Part shown: one piece after another, positions 28,607 through 39,736 of the stretch
How positions within the stretch are numbered: the first letter of the stretch is position 1
Layout: each line of letters starts with the position of its first letter
Origin: Phoronis australis
Taxonomy: Eukaryota > Animalia > Phoronida
Reading direction: 5' to 3'
NCBI GenBank assembly: GCA_002633005.1
Contig: NMRA01000052.1
Span: 85,583-149,582, forward strand
Length of the DNA stretch: 64,000 nt
Program-made: the position numbers and the translations under genes
Notes under the pieces: model-generated
Database searches by the model: none
Seen by the model: the letters and a program-made list of their open reading frames with translations, nothing else
What the model was told of the DNA's origin: nothing

Positions 28607-31600
28607 GTAAGCTGGAGATATTGTTGTGTTGCGGAGCCATCAAATGTTCAAAGAACAGAAAAAGAGAGCGTTTCGTTGGCCAATGAGATATACCTGGCTT
28701 GCGTTCAGTAACGCTAGGACCTGGCTAAAATCTGGCCAAAGTCGCGTGTTCTCATTCAAAATTCACGGCAATGATCTCACGTAATCTGGCGCGAAGTCTT
28801 GCTTTTAGCGAGATCCTAGAGTTACTGAACGGAAAGCTGCCTCTCGTCCAGTAACACTTACTAGGACCTTGCTAAAAAGCAAGACTTCACGAGATTACGT
28901 GAGATATTGCCGTGTAATTTAAATGAGAACACGTGACTTTGACTAGATTTTAGCTAGGTCCTTATCAGCGTAAGTCCTAGAGTTACTGAACGGACGCCTG
29001 GCGTGCGCTCAGTAGGCCTAGATGCTAGGACCTACGCTAGGACCTAACAAAAATCTAATCAAAGTCACGTGTTCATATTTAAAATACACGGCAATATCTC
29101 ACGTATTTAGCGAAGTCTTGCTTTTTAGCGAGGTCCCAGCGTTACTGAACGGGAGCCTGGTATAGTTCATTGCGTAGACAAGATCTCGAAAGACCTCGCA
29201 AAGTCACGCGAGTGAAAGCTTGCGTTTCGCGAGTATGCTTGACAGCTTTCCAGGTGTGGCCGGCAAAGTTGGAGTGTTGAGTTCTGTGACCTATTTCATT
29301 GTTTTCGTTCCATATATGATGATTTTTCGCCGGAAGTGCAAGCTAATGTAAGTTACGGTCAACTTAGCTCACACCGGTAACTTGTGACCCATCGAAGCTA
29401 TATCCGGGTATTTTTGCGTGCATTGCCATTTTCTAAAACAATTTATCACATGGCACGACATTGCGTGTAATTTAATGCAAATTTACTGCGATATAGCCCA
29501 GACTGAAAAGGCCCTCATATAATGCTATTGATATTAGGTGGATGATTTTAATCATGATTAGGGTGATGATGACGGTAATGAGGACGAGGATGAAGATGAT
29601 GGTTATTATGAGCTCCAGTGTTCTTATAATTGTTATTATAACTACACCCCTATCTCGGCCCACATAACAAATATATAACACAAAGAGCGTACAATAAATT
29701 TTCAAATCTAATTTAATTCATATCAAGGAACTCATTTCGGCGTTCCCAGTCCACATTAATTAAATATCTAGCAACTTTTCTCAGGACATTTAAGTCATTA
29801 GTCTGTAAAAAATTTCTGAACACTATCTCTTCCACCTTATCGTATCTTGGTAAGAACAGCACTCGTATATCAGAATATAAATTGCATTCGAGAAGAAAGT
29901 GTAATTATGTTTCCACTTTCTCACTGTCACAGCAGGGACATATTCTCTCCTCTCTACAACTATTCTCACTATTATCATCATCATTAGCAATGGCCATCCC
30001 ATCAAAACTGTATGCTGGATCATCAACCTCATTGTTCTCACTACTATAAACAAAACGCCGCTCAGGGGTCTGGTCCCATAATTATTCAGTAAAAAGATTT
30101 AGATAAGTTAGAATGAGCGCACCACAGTCTAGAAACAGTTTTTACAAATTACCCGTTTCTGTTTAGACCTTCCTCTCATCATGCGTACCCCCACTGCTAG
30201 TTGTAATGACCGATATTGTTTATGCTGCCTATTGTATATAATAATAATATCACCATGTCGGTCATCAGCTTGCGCGATTTTATATGTATTCATCGATTCG
30301 GCAGTCTGTATCATACCCTTGATAAAGAGCGCAGCGCTCAAAATGTGGGAAACATTTTAACATATTTTAGTACCGACGCTCGTCATTTCATTTTTACTAT
30401 TTTTTCAAATTATCTCAGAAACTAGCAGTTATATGATTATTCTCAGGAACTTTGTTCTTTTGCTCAAGTGAGATTCTCCCAGATACTATTTGGCAGTCCG
30501 GAGAGCGAATTGCTGACTAGCTCGGGGGGCGAATGCAAAATGCATAGGCCTTGAATAAACCCGTTTACCGTTTTTTTTTTCTTATTTTAGTAATAAGGTC
30601 CACAAACCCAAAAATTTGAGACCCCTGCATCCCTACATTTTGGGCTGGGCGCGAGCATGTGGCGAAATTCTGACTATTCATGTGCCCTGCCCCCCTCCCC
30701 TCCCCACCCCTAACTTAAATTCCTGGATCCGCCCCTGCGTAATAACTGATTTTGACTTAGTCTCGTCAGTCACTGTGGAGACTTAATTACGTTCCTTAAA
30801 TCTTCGGTGCCCTTTTATCTCAAGATATTGCTGTTTTTCTGTCAATTCATCTTTATTATGAGCCCACCTATGACTAATGACATTTTCTTGTAATACAGCA
30901 GAGCCCTTATTTTATTGAAAATAGGTACTTAATCCACAAATTAAGGGCGTCGCAGGAAAAAGACCGTAATTGTTTATCATTTATTGAGAATTCAACACAG
31001 AGTTTACTTTCATTGTTTACCAAAGCTAAAAGTTCATCAACGTAATGAACACAGCACTAGAAAGATGAATCAGTGCTTGCACAAGTCCGCAAATGTGCTG
31101 AAAATTTAGGGAACATAGTCGAGTCCTTGTGTCGTACTGAGCACAGATGTCTTTACAACGTAGTCAATTGATGGGATGAGATAAACCAAATAAAGTTAAA
31201 TGAATGCAACAAATGGTACATTCAAAGGGGAACGGTTACATTTTGTGAAGGCGTTTTTGATCAATTTGGCATACTTTATTTACTTTGAAAGGTTCTTTGA
31301 AACTTTTTATGGATTTCATAGAAACAAAATTAATAAAGAAAAATATCCGCTAAGTGTAAGTGGGAGCAAGTGGCATAATGCAAACACTGCACGAGTCTCA
31401 TCCGTCTAATCCCTCTCACATTAGTTTTATTACCTGTTCCTGGCATCATTGCACAAATAGCAAATGGCAAATTGATATGTAACGGTGCCGGGACTGAAAA
31501 TCTGCGGAGTTAAGTCCATTCAGCACAATTATCGGAACAGAAAGCGAGAGAACACAGCTCACTTGGATCAGGGCTAAATTCCGTGGGCGAAAGAATCTCG

Positions 31601-34270
31601 TCCGTAAGTGTGATCACGTGCTTTGCTTGTCATACACGGTGATATCTCGCAATGATTTGCGTGACCTTGCGTTTTCTAATGCGCGCACCCGTTTGAGACC
31701 CCTGTTTGTCAAAGGGGGCAAATAGGTCCGCCCCAGAGAAACAAACTTTTCCGAAAAAAATAGAAAACGAGACAAAAGTCCGTTAAAAAGGAGCTGGAAC
31801 TACCTAAATTCGGCGAATGCACAATTCATAGCTGTGAACGTACCCTGTTTTTAGTAAAAGGTCCACATTTTTTAGGCTGGGCGCGCGCATGGTTTTCGCG
31901 AGTGCCCACTTCGTGAACGGAAGCTTCGGTAGGATTGGAACTCTCATTTGCGCAACACTCAGTATTGTGAACACCCTTCCGCAAATTTGTCATGTGTTAC
32001 CAAGTGTCACAAAAATCAGCTCTGTCAAAGGTTTAAATTGAAATCGTCTGAGATCGTGTAACCGATGGTATGCCTCTTTTACAACACAACGTTTCCCTTA
32101 AAAAAATTCCCCAGTTGCAGGGTGAATGTTTTGCTATTCAAGTTGGCTACAGCTCCATGAGTGTTGCGTACGCCCGATGAGTTTAACCCAGTTTACGTAA
32201 GTAAAACCCCATGGCAAACAGCAGGATTCACGAACCCAAGGTCGTGTTGGTAGAACGGCAAGTTTGTTTGTGAGAATGTCTGCACCCGAGCATAGACTTC
32301 ACACAAACGTGTCCTTGTCAAGTCGCTTAGCCGTCCCAGTTTGCAGGTTAACTGCAAACACATGTGGCCCTGCCGTGGGAATTCCGCGATTCGGTAATGA
32401 ATGGAATTTATACAGCCCACGAGTAGGCATCAAGGAAATGAAATTATTTCTGTAAAAAGGAATCACAAGACTTATTTAGATATCCTGGCAAAGAATCAAC
32501 GCGATTATTGTAGAAACTGCCGGGGTGCTTTCTGCGGGACTGAATGGAAAGTAGTAAAGATAGGAGTGTATTGTTTTGTACACGGTAAACGTAGCACGAA
32601 CTGTTTAACTGGACGCAAATGCGTTTGTAAAAACATGGAACTCCAATGTGACTGAATGTAAAAGCGGGAATTTAATCGCTTTCATCACGAGGTCTATAAC
32701 CTTACACGCATGAAAAACCAGTATGAGGTCTTTAACCTCAGACTTATTCCTATTGTACAGAACCAGAGCTGCTTTCCGTATATACTCAAGAAATTCACGA
32801 ATATGGCGTTATAAGCGAAACCGTGATCACACAGCTACTCGTGAAATTGACCTATTGCCAGGATTTTGAATGACGGCTTAACTGACCAATCAGAACGCAG
32901 CATTCTTGACCACACCTTCGTTTCCAAGCCTCCATTTTACCCGACAAACAACTCGTTGCCGGGTAAACCTTATTGTTTGTTTGTCGACATGGCGCAACGG
33001 GCGGAGCTTGCGACAGGTCAATTCTTGCGTCTACAGAACCTGGGAGAAGTGGTCCTAGGAGAAACGTATTTGATTGCCGCAGTGCAACATCATTATAATT
33101 ATGTCTGACATACACTGGAATTATGTCTGACAAAAATTAATAATTTGGCCGGACATAGTTCTGATTTATGTCACCCATAATTCTGATTTATGTCAGACAT
33201 AATTGCGATTTATGTCGCTTTGTCTTAAACATAAACGTAGCCCAGAAGCAGGGTTCTAATCTTTGTAATTTTCAGTTCTATTTTTGTGCGAACTCAAGAT
33301 AAATGTCTATTGTTCTGTGCTCGATCATGTTGAGGCTTATGCATACATCCTAATCCAAATTTACACTTGAAGACCCTACGATTGATTCGGGATAAAAACT
33401 CCAGTAAAAACGCGAGATTTTGAGTAGTAAAATGAGAAATGTCGAATTCTGAGTCGAACTTTTAACCTTAATTCTTGGATCATCAAGTACAAAATAAGAA
33501 ACTTGTACACGTAGGCCCTTTTTCCCGAGCATAAAATGCACTAATCTTGAGTTTGCACATTTTCATGTAAAATAGAAAATGTCAGTTTCAAGCAAAAAAA
33601 GATTAGACCTGGGTACTGGTTATATACATACATTTAAATATTACCATAACGTCAAGGGAAGTGGGACAAAAATTGGTCTGTTCCATGACATGCCAAAATC
33701 TCGAACTTTTAATTTTACTACTAAGTGGCGTCGCGTTTAGCTTCCTTTCACTGGAAGATAAAGTGTTGTCCTCACTTTGCATCTCGAGACCAAAAGGGGG
33801 AACTCGTATGCTCGGAAAGTGAATGTTTAGTCTTTTTACAAGCTTCACATCTCCGCATTCACTTTTGAACCCACAGGTACCGGTTGACGCTCTCTGGTAC
33901 CCATAAGTTGCACCCATAAGTTGTACCCATAAGTTGCACCACTGATGTGCATTATTTGATAAATATCAAAAAGGTTGCATAACTGATTTGCACGGATATT
34001 TATGCGGGGCACTTCATATTCTTTTACTTTTGATTATTTCAGAACGTTTTGATGGCAAAGTGTGAAGGATATTGTTCAAAGCCAAGGACAGAACCCATGT
34101 ATACGTTTAAACCAGTTCTCCGGAGACCTTTTACTTATAGTTGCGAGTGTTGCCGCGACACGTTATCTATTATGAAGGCTGTGAAACTGGAATGTAAACA
34201 TGGACGGCACGTCTTTGCCACTTACAGATACATTGTGCGATGCGCATGCCAAAAGTGCTGGCCCGGATGA
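28448..34270 (+). CDS. NDP: Norrin (Norrie disease protein)-like secreted cystine-knot protein, 128 aa: join(28448..28606,34043..34270)
   Basis: Hydrophobic signal peptide, then RCMRHYFVQTVKHPRRDCETQ|NVLMAKCEGYCSKPRTEPMYTFKPVLRRPFTYSCECCRDTLSIMKAVKLECKHGRHVFATYRYIVRCACQKC. This parallels recalled human Norrin (RCMRHHYVDSISHP..C..K|MVLLARCEGHC..RSEP..F..VL.QPF..SC.CCR...K.A..L.C....ATYRYI.SC.C..C). 11 Cys conserved; phase-0 intron (cag|gtaag ... tttcag). Confidence 0.93.
28693..29160. mobile_element. Trimer of ~145-bp MITEs in alternating orientation (+,-,+)
   Basis: Each unit is bounded by cgttcagtaac.ctagg / ccta.agttactgaacg; the middle unit is the reverse complement of the flanking ones. 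Confidence 0.8.
30520..30737 (-). mobile_element. Partial inverted copy of the 22756 MITE
   Basis: Reverse-complement identity over ~200 bp, ending ggatccgcccctg. Confidence 0.7.
34043..34270 (+). CDS. NDP: Norrin-like coding exon 2 (cystine knot, ends TGA)
   Basis: Polypyrimidine tract + ag at 34041-34042; CxGxC, CxCC and CxCxxC motifs; ATYRYI. Confidence 0.93.
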   Translation, partial: NVLMAKCEGYCSKPRTEPMYTFKPVLRRPFTYSCECCRDTLSIMKAVKLECKHGRHVFATYRYIVRCACQKCWPG

Positions 34271-34872
34271 CTGCTGGGTCGGGCTCACAGTCACAAACCT
34301 CTCTGTGTTCCTTTGTCTATTTATTTACAGAGCCGTGGGATACGGGGTTGTACACTTCCAATAAGTTGCAACGTTATGGGCGAAACCCTGGTGGCTGGGA
34401 TAAAAAATGGCCAGGGAAATTTCGTTGCACCCAGGCAGCTGAAATTTGACGAAGTTAGAATGTGTATATATTTTCCCAAATCTAACCCTCTTACGGTACT
34501 GATTTATAGTGGTTCAATGGACCCACTGCTATGTATTAAGCGCGGTATGTTGGAATGACTGTTTTGTTACGATATGAACATTTAAGATCAGTGACAGTCA
34601 CTGATATTTGAGGATATCTACGAAGTTGCAAACTGTCACAGCGGTGAACATTGTCATAAACAGCATAGCGCTTCACTGTGATACCAAAATTTTCGCAATC
34701 GATATCACTCAATGCAATTGTGTCTGGTAATAGAAAGAGCATAAACTTGTCGCACTTGTGACAACTGACACGGTTGTAAGAATTTGGACAGTAGCAAGGG
34801 TGCGACAGCTCGCAAGTAGTTTGAGATTTTCAGAGAAACTAATGGAATCAGCGAAAAGTTTAATGTGGTATT

Positions 34873-35226
34873 GCTGTGCGTGAACTTGGAATCCTGCTTA
34901 ATCTCAAGATTGAGTATGAGTGAACTTGGAATACTCGAAGCAACGTGGCAAATTCACTCAAACTGCTCTAAATCAAATTATCTTTGAACAAAATAATGTC
35001 AATTTTAGCAACCTTTTCAATTACTGGCGATCTATTTCACAAGCAATGATGGATTTAGCCACTCAAATATTCCTCCGAGAGAAAATGGGTGATCGTGTGG
35101 CCAATAGTTTCAAAAATTCTTTACACTGATCAAAAAATTTCACCTGATTGCCTTAAAGAATATTCAATTCCAACTTCACGCATACGCTATCTTGAGATTA
35201 TGCAGGATTTCAAGTTCACACACAGC
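34873..35226. mobile_element. MITE with ~55-bp TIRs (gctgtgcgtgaacttggaatc.tgcttaatctcaagat)
   Basis: Clear TIRs; a second full copy at 62103-62516 and a partial copy at ~1560-1850. Confidence 0.8.
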
Positions 35227-36185
35227 TCCATCACCTCGAATTGATACTAGCGGAACGTGTGCTTATACAACATGCCTGCACAAAAGTTGCAAAACAACTG
35301 TTCAAGCTTCAAGTAAAACCGGGGCACAATTTGTGGCGAAATATTGGACTTGCGACTATTATGTTTCTGCCTCAGTATTCTTCGCAATTAGGACTTTTGT
35401 CACATGCCCAAATGTCACTTACTAGGAGACATTTAGTTAGTTTAGTATAATGTTTCAAGCCTGCAGCTCAGGCCATTGATCACATGACTGTTCTTCCCGC
35501 CTTTGGGAGGCACAGAACAGTTCTCACAGGGGTTTGGCTATCGGAACACACGTCAATGGACTCTTCACCCTGTCTTCACTCTGTCAAAAACTGTATGCAA
35601 ATAAAGAAAAGTTTTGAGTCATTTCACATTGCAAGCCCTACAGATGAGCACAGAAGCTTTATTCTTTCTTGTATTTTTGACCCTTTCACTCCCACTGAAA
35701 ACCAAGCTAGACTAAGAAATGTAGGGGCAAAAATGCAAAATCTGCACTTTTCATCCCAAAACCACCACTTCCCTACCAATACTCGACTAAAGCCAACATA
35801 GATTCCGAAAGCAAATTTCCTGCCGATTCCATAAAGGTGGTTCAAAAGTACTGTCAACCAACTAGTTTCATTGCAAATCTGGCTTGTTTGAGGGCTACCT
35901 GAAATCGCGGCCAATTTCTCAGTTGCTACACAGCAATGCACAAATGCAACAGGGGGCCACCATCTTGAAGAAGAGTGCAGCTACAGCCGAGAAAGTGGCC
36001 TTTTTTATTCTCAGCATGTTCACAAACACAAACAAACCACATTCACTGAGCCTACATTCAATGCTTCCCAACAAAATGCCCCCAAACTTGGCCTACCCCA
36101 ATATTTAAATATTTTGGAGGTGCAAATTGGCCGCGGCCGCAGCCTAACTGTCCAGTGCCGCCTTGTGAAACCGGAAGTAACACCT

Positions 36186-36560
36186 GAATGATCGTAAATA
36201 GGGGGAAGTTGCAGTCCCTGGTCACGGTTGAGTTGGGGGTTGAACTCCTAAATGTAAATAGCCTCTTTGATCTTACGAGGATGCCAATGTTCCTCTTTGG
36301 ATAAAACTCGAGCATTGTCCATATTTACGATATGGCCAGATGACGACCATCAATATAAATAATATTCGAGCTTTATCCAGAGAGGAACATTGGCGCTCTC
36401 GTAAGATCAAAGAGGCCGTTTATATTAAACAGTGCAACCCCCCCCCCCACACACACACACACACTCAACCGTCACCAGGGATTGCAACTTCCTCCGGTTC
36501 GCACCGGCGGGAAGAACGTGCATGTGATCAAGACCCTGAGCTGCAGGCTTGAAACGTTAT
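36186..36560. mobile_element. Penelope-like element GIY-YIG 3' relic, two inverted copies
   Basis: Plus strand LSREEHWRSRKIKEAVYIK..LNRHQGLQLPP; minus strand KEEHWHPRKIKEAIYI*EFNPQLNRDQGLQLPP; KEAIYI...LNRD.G is typical of the C-terminus of retroelement GIY-YIG domains. Confidence 0.7.
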
Positions 36561-37761
36561 GCTCAACTAACTAAATTAATGTCTCCTAGTAAGTACCTTT
36601 TCTCGTTTTTACTACTTCAGAATTGTTCGTGAAGTCCGCATTGGCCAGTCCTGTTTTCCTTGATTCCACTTTGTTTCAAACAGAAATCAGGGGTGTGAGT
36701 TCTCGGTCGGCGAAGGTGCGCGATGTTTTCAAGTTTCTTGCCGGAGTAACAACAAAACATTTCCATGACACGTATGTGAACTCCCAACGCATTTTGATAA
36801 GAATTTCGTGGCAAACTCAGTCGAGCACGAGTCGAGAATTGTCGCAGACGGACATGTGAACTGCGCTATCCTAAGTGACCGTTTCAACGTGCAAACGGTA
36901 TCTCGAGTAAGAATAGCCGCAGCAAAATTATAGAGGGTTGAAAGAATTTTGGGCACTGTGATCCAGCTATAATCCAATACGGTTCATGCTGTAGATTTTA
37001 AACGACACTTTTCGACTTTTAAAAAGCGAGAGATTGTAGTTATATATTTATTGATCACGTGACATGGCTGTTTAATTTAGTAAACAGTGCGAAATAAATA
37101 AACGCAAAATACCAATCACGTTCTTGGGTGTACACTTCAGCGACTAACCAAAGCAGTAGCACATGATACAATATATTTTAAGGCAAACATTTTTTGATAA
37201 ATTTCACGAAAATCTCAGAGAGGCTTCAAATAAAACGTTTCCCATGGAAGAAGAGAAATCATTCTACAAAGTTTTATAAAAGACGAGTATGTACTTTCTG
37301 ACGAGAATGCCTAGCCCTCCGCCGTTATATAATCAAGGATCTTGTGCAATATGTAACTAATTATGAGCTATTTTTCATTCACCTTTGTATAAGTACGCTT
37401 CCTACATAGAACAGTTTACTGTTTCATCAAACGAACGAAGGAAAAACTCTGTTGTCACCACAGTTTTTAATCACTCTGCCAATACATAAATGCGCACACG
37501 TGCTCACCGTTATTTGACAAACAGCTGAATGACAAGATGGATAGTAACGGCGGATTACCATGTGTGACCGCACTCCGAATCTGATGTCGACAGCATAATA
37601 TGAGGAAAGCCAGTGAAGAAAGCAGATTTTCCAAAAATAATTCCATGTACGTTTCAGAATATATTTGAATACTACGATACCTTTATAACTAACTTTAAAC
37701 AGCGAAGACTTGCATCAATTGCGTATTAATCAGATTGGCTCAAGTCACCAATGTTTTGTTT

Positions 37762-37965
37762 AAATCAAAGGTCAAAGGACATATTTCCCATATTATGGAA
37801 ATGGGCTACGTCTATGTCTTGCCATACCAAATAAGGAGACGTGCTCTGCCTCGTCAGTGGGCGAAAAATCATTCGACGAAGTGACGAGCGGTTGACAGAT
37901 CGATTTCTTTAAATTCAAAACTAAAAGAAAAATGCTTTGACGTCCACAGAAATTTAAAGCATTTA
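37762..37965 (+). repeat. Interspersed repeat with a second direct copy at ~43998-44185
   Basis: atcaaaggtcaaa..gctacgtctatgtcttgc.ataccaaataa.gagacg shared. Confidence 0.7.
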
Positions 37966-38961
37966 CGAACAAACCGATCATATGCCATAGGTTGTCGACC
38001 CAGCGGTAACAGTGAAGTCAATCAAGTGCAACCATTGCCGCAATGAGTTCTAAGAATGTGAAGAAGAGATTCGTTAACATTTGGCACAAAGACTTTCAAC
38101 AAACCGTATTCTAACGAAGAAGAAAGTTTTCAATTGAGAGTCTTTGGTACACAATCTGTGCCCCATTCTGGTGTATCCGACAATTCAGGATATCGCCGCT
38201 ACTTGTGGTCAGAGTGCCTCCCGTATTGGCAGAATTGCGTACTGGGCATACACGTTTCCTTCACGAAGTCAGTTGTAACTTATCGTCTCTCACCACCCGC
38301 TCTCGGTTTATCAGAAGCCTTATACGTAGACCACTTCACTTGGTACCCAATGGCATATGCACAGCCATTTTGGGAACATCCTCCAACTCGTGGACTGTTT
38401 TAGCATTGTGACATCATTCTGACGTATTAGTTACAATCATCTCATCTGTCCAACATCATAACAGGGGGCGCAGTGAACACGTCATTGTAAGGTTGGTGAT
38501 TCACAGTTAATGCAAAGTTGGGCCGTAATGAAAGAACTGAAGGGCAAAATATCAGTCAAAGAACACGGGCACCCATCTCTCCTCAAAAACATAAAGAGAA
38601 CGATTCTTTAATCCCCATTCAACTGGCAGTGTAGTTTATAAAAAATAAGTGATTCCATAAGACGCACCAAGTGTGTACACGTTCATAATTCTAAGATAAA
38701 GAACCTGGACGTTGTTTAATAAATGTGCTTTTATACGCCATAAAAAGTGAACAGTTCAGTCAACGGTTATACATTACAGATCACGATCTTGGGACAGGAC
38801 ACTGCTATGTTTACTGAAGAATTCTTTGTTGTTGAAAAAGAAATATTTCGTGTTGTTTGGGCACTGCTGAAAAATATTTTATCCTTACTTAAGTTTTTAC
38901 CGTAAACGGCACAAAATTTGAAATTGAATTTCAGTTATCCCTATCAAAAAAACAAGAAAAT

Positions 38962-39736
38962 ATGGTGGATGAAACAACGCTGAATGACGGTAAAATCTGC
39001 AGGCTACTTGTTGACGGTGGAACATTTGCACTTCAGTCAGTATTTGATCAATGTCATCCACCTATCATGTTACAAGAAGAACTAAACAAACCTCAAATGT
39101 TGAAAGTGCTCAGACAGATGAAGAAAAAGTGCGTAATCGATTCCTCACAATGGGAAAAGCTTTTTCCAAGTGGCCATCGGCACCCGTCTTCCGACAACTT
39201 CGACGCGTCCCTGCTGTACCTACTGCTGAGGAAAGTTTGTCACCTGTGTCCGCCATATCCCAATGGTTGGGGTCAAAACCCACTAGCCTGTGATAAAGGA
39301 ATGTCTGGCGATGTAGCGCGTTTGCTGTGGTTTGTAAAAGAGATGTCAAAACGAGTGGACAGAGAAGAATTTTCGAATGAAGAATTCAACGTCTTCTGGA
39401 CACAGATTTCCGAGATGCTGGCTCGAATGTCTGGACCTGCAGCAACAATCAAAGCTCGCCGGTACATGCTGGAGCCCCTGGATGAAGAACAGTGCCAGTA
39501 CTATATCGAGAAACTGCAGGATTGGATGCACCAAGAAGAGGTACGCGATCTTTATGAACACGAAAAGCATAAACCGAATAAAACGCTAGGTCGAAAAAGC
39601 ATGAGCAATAAGAAAGGTAACCATTTTTCGGTATCGATGGCCAAGTACGATAGACTATCTGCGATGTCCATGGATCTGAGAAGGAGAACTGTCCCGAAAA
39701 AAGGATCTGTACTCGACCCAATGGATAAACGCGGCA
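38962..39736 (+). CDS. NLR exon 1: DZIP3/hRUL138-like HEPN domain plus basic linker
   Basis: RLLVDGGT..LQSVFD..PP..L...QWEKLFP...S.NFD..LLYLLLRKVC.L.PP..GW...P...D.....D..RL pattern of DZIP3-type HEPN; gtaagg donor at 39737. Confidence 0.85.

Noticed and set aside
38134-38486. Upstream coding exon for the NLR (the acceptor at 38934 is in frame with the ATG)
   Set aside because: The candidate donor at 38487 is preceded by an in-frame stop with no ATG; more likely 5' UTR.
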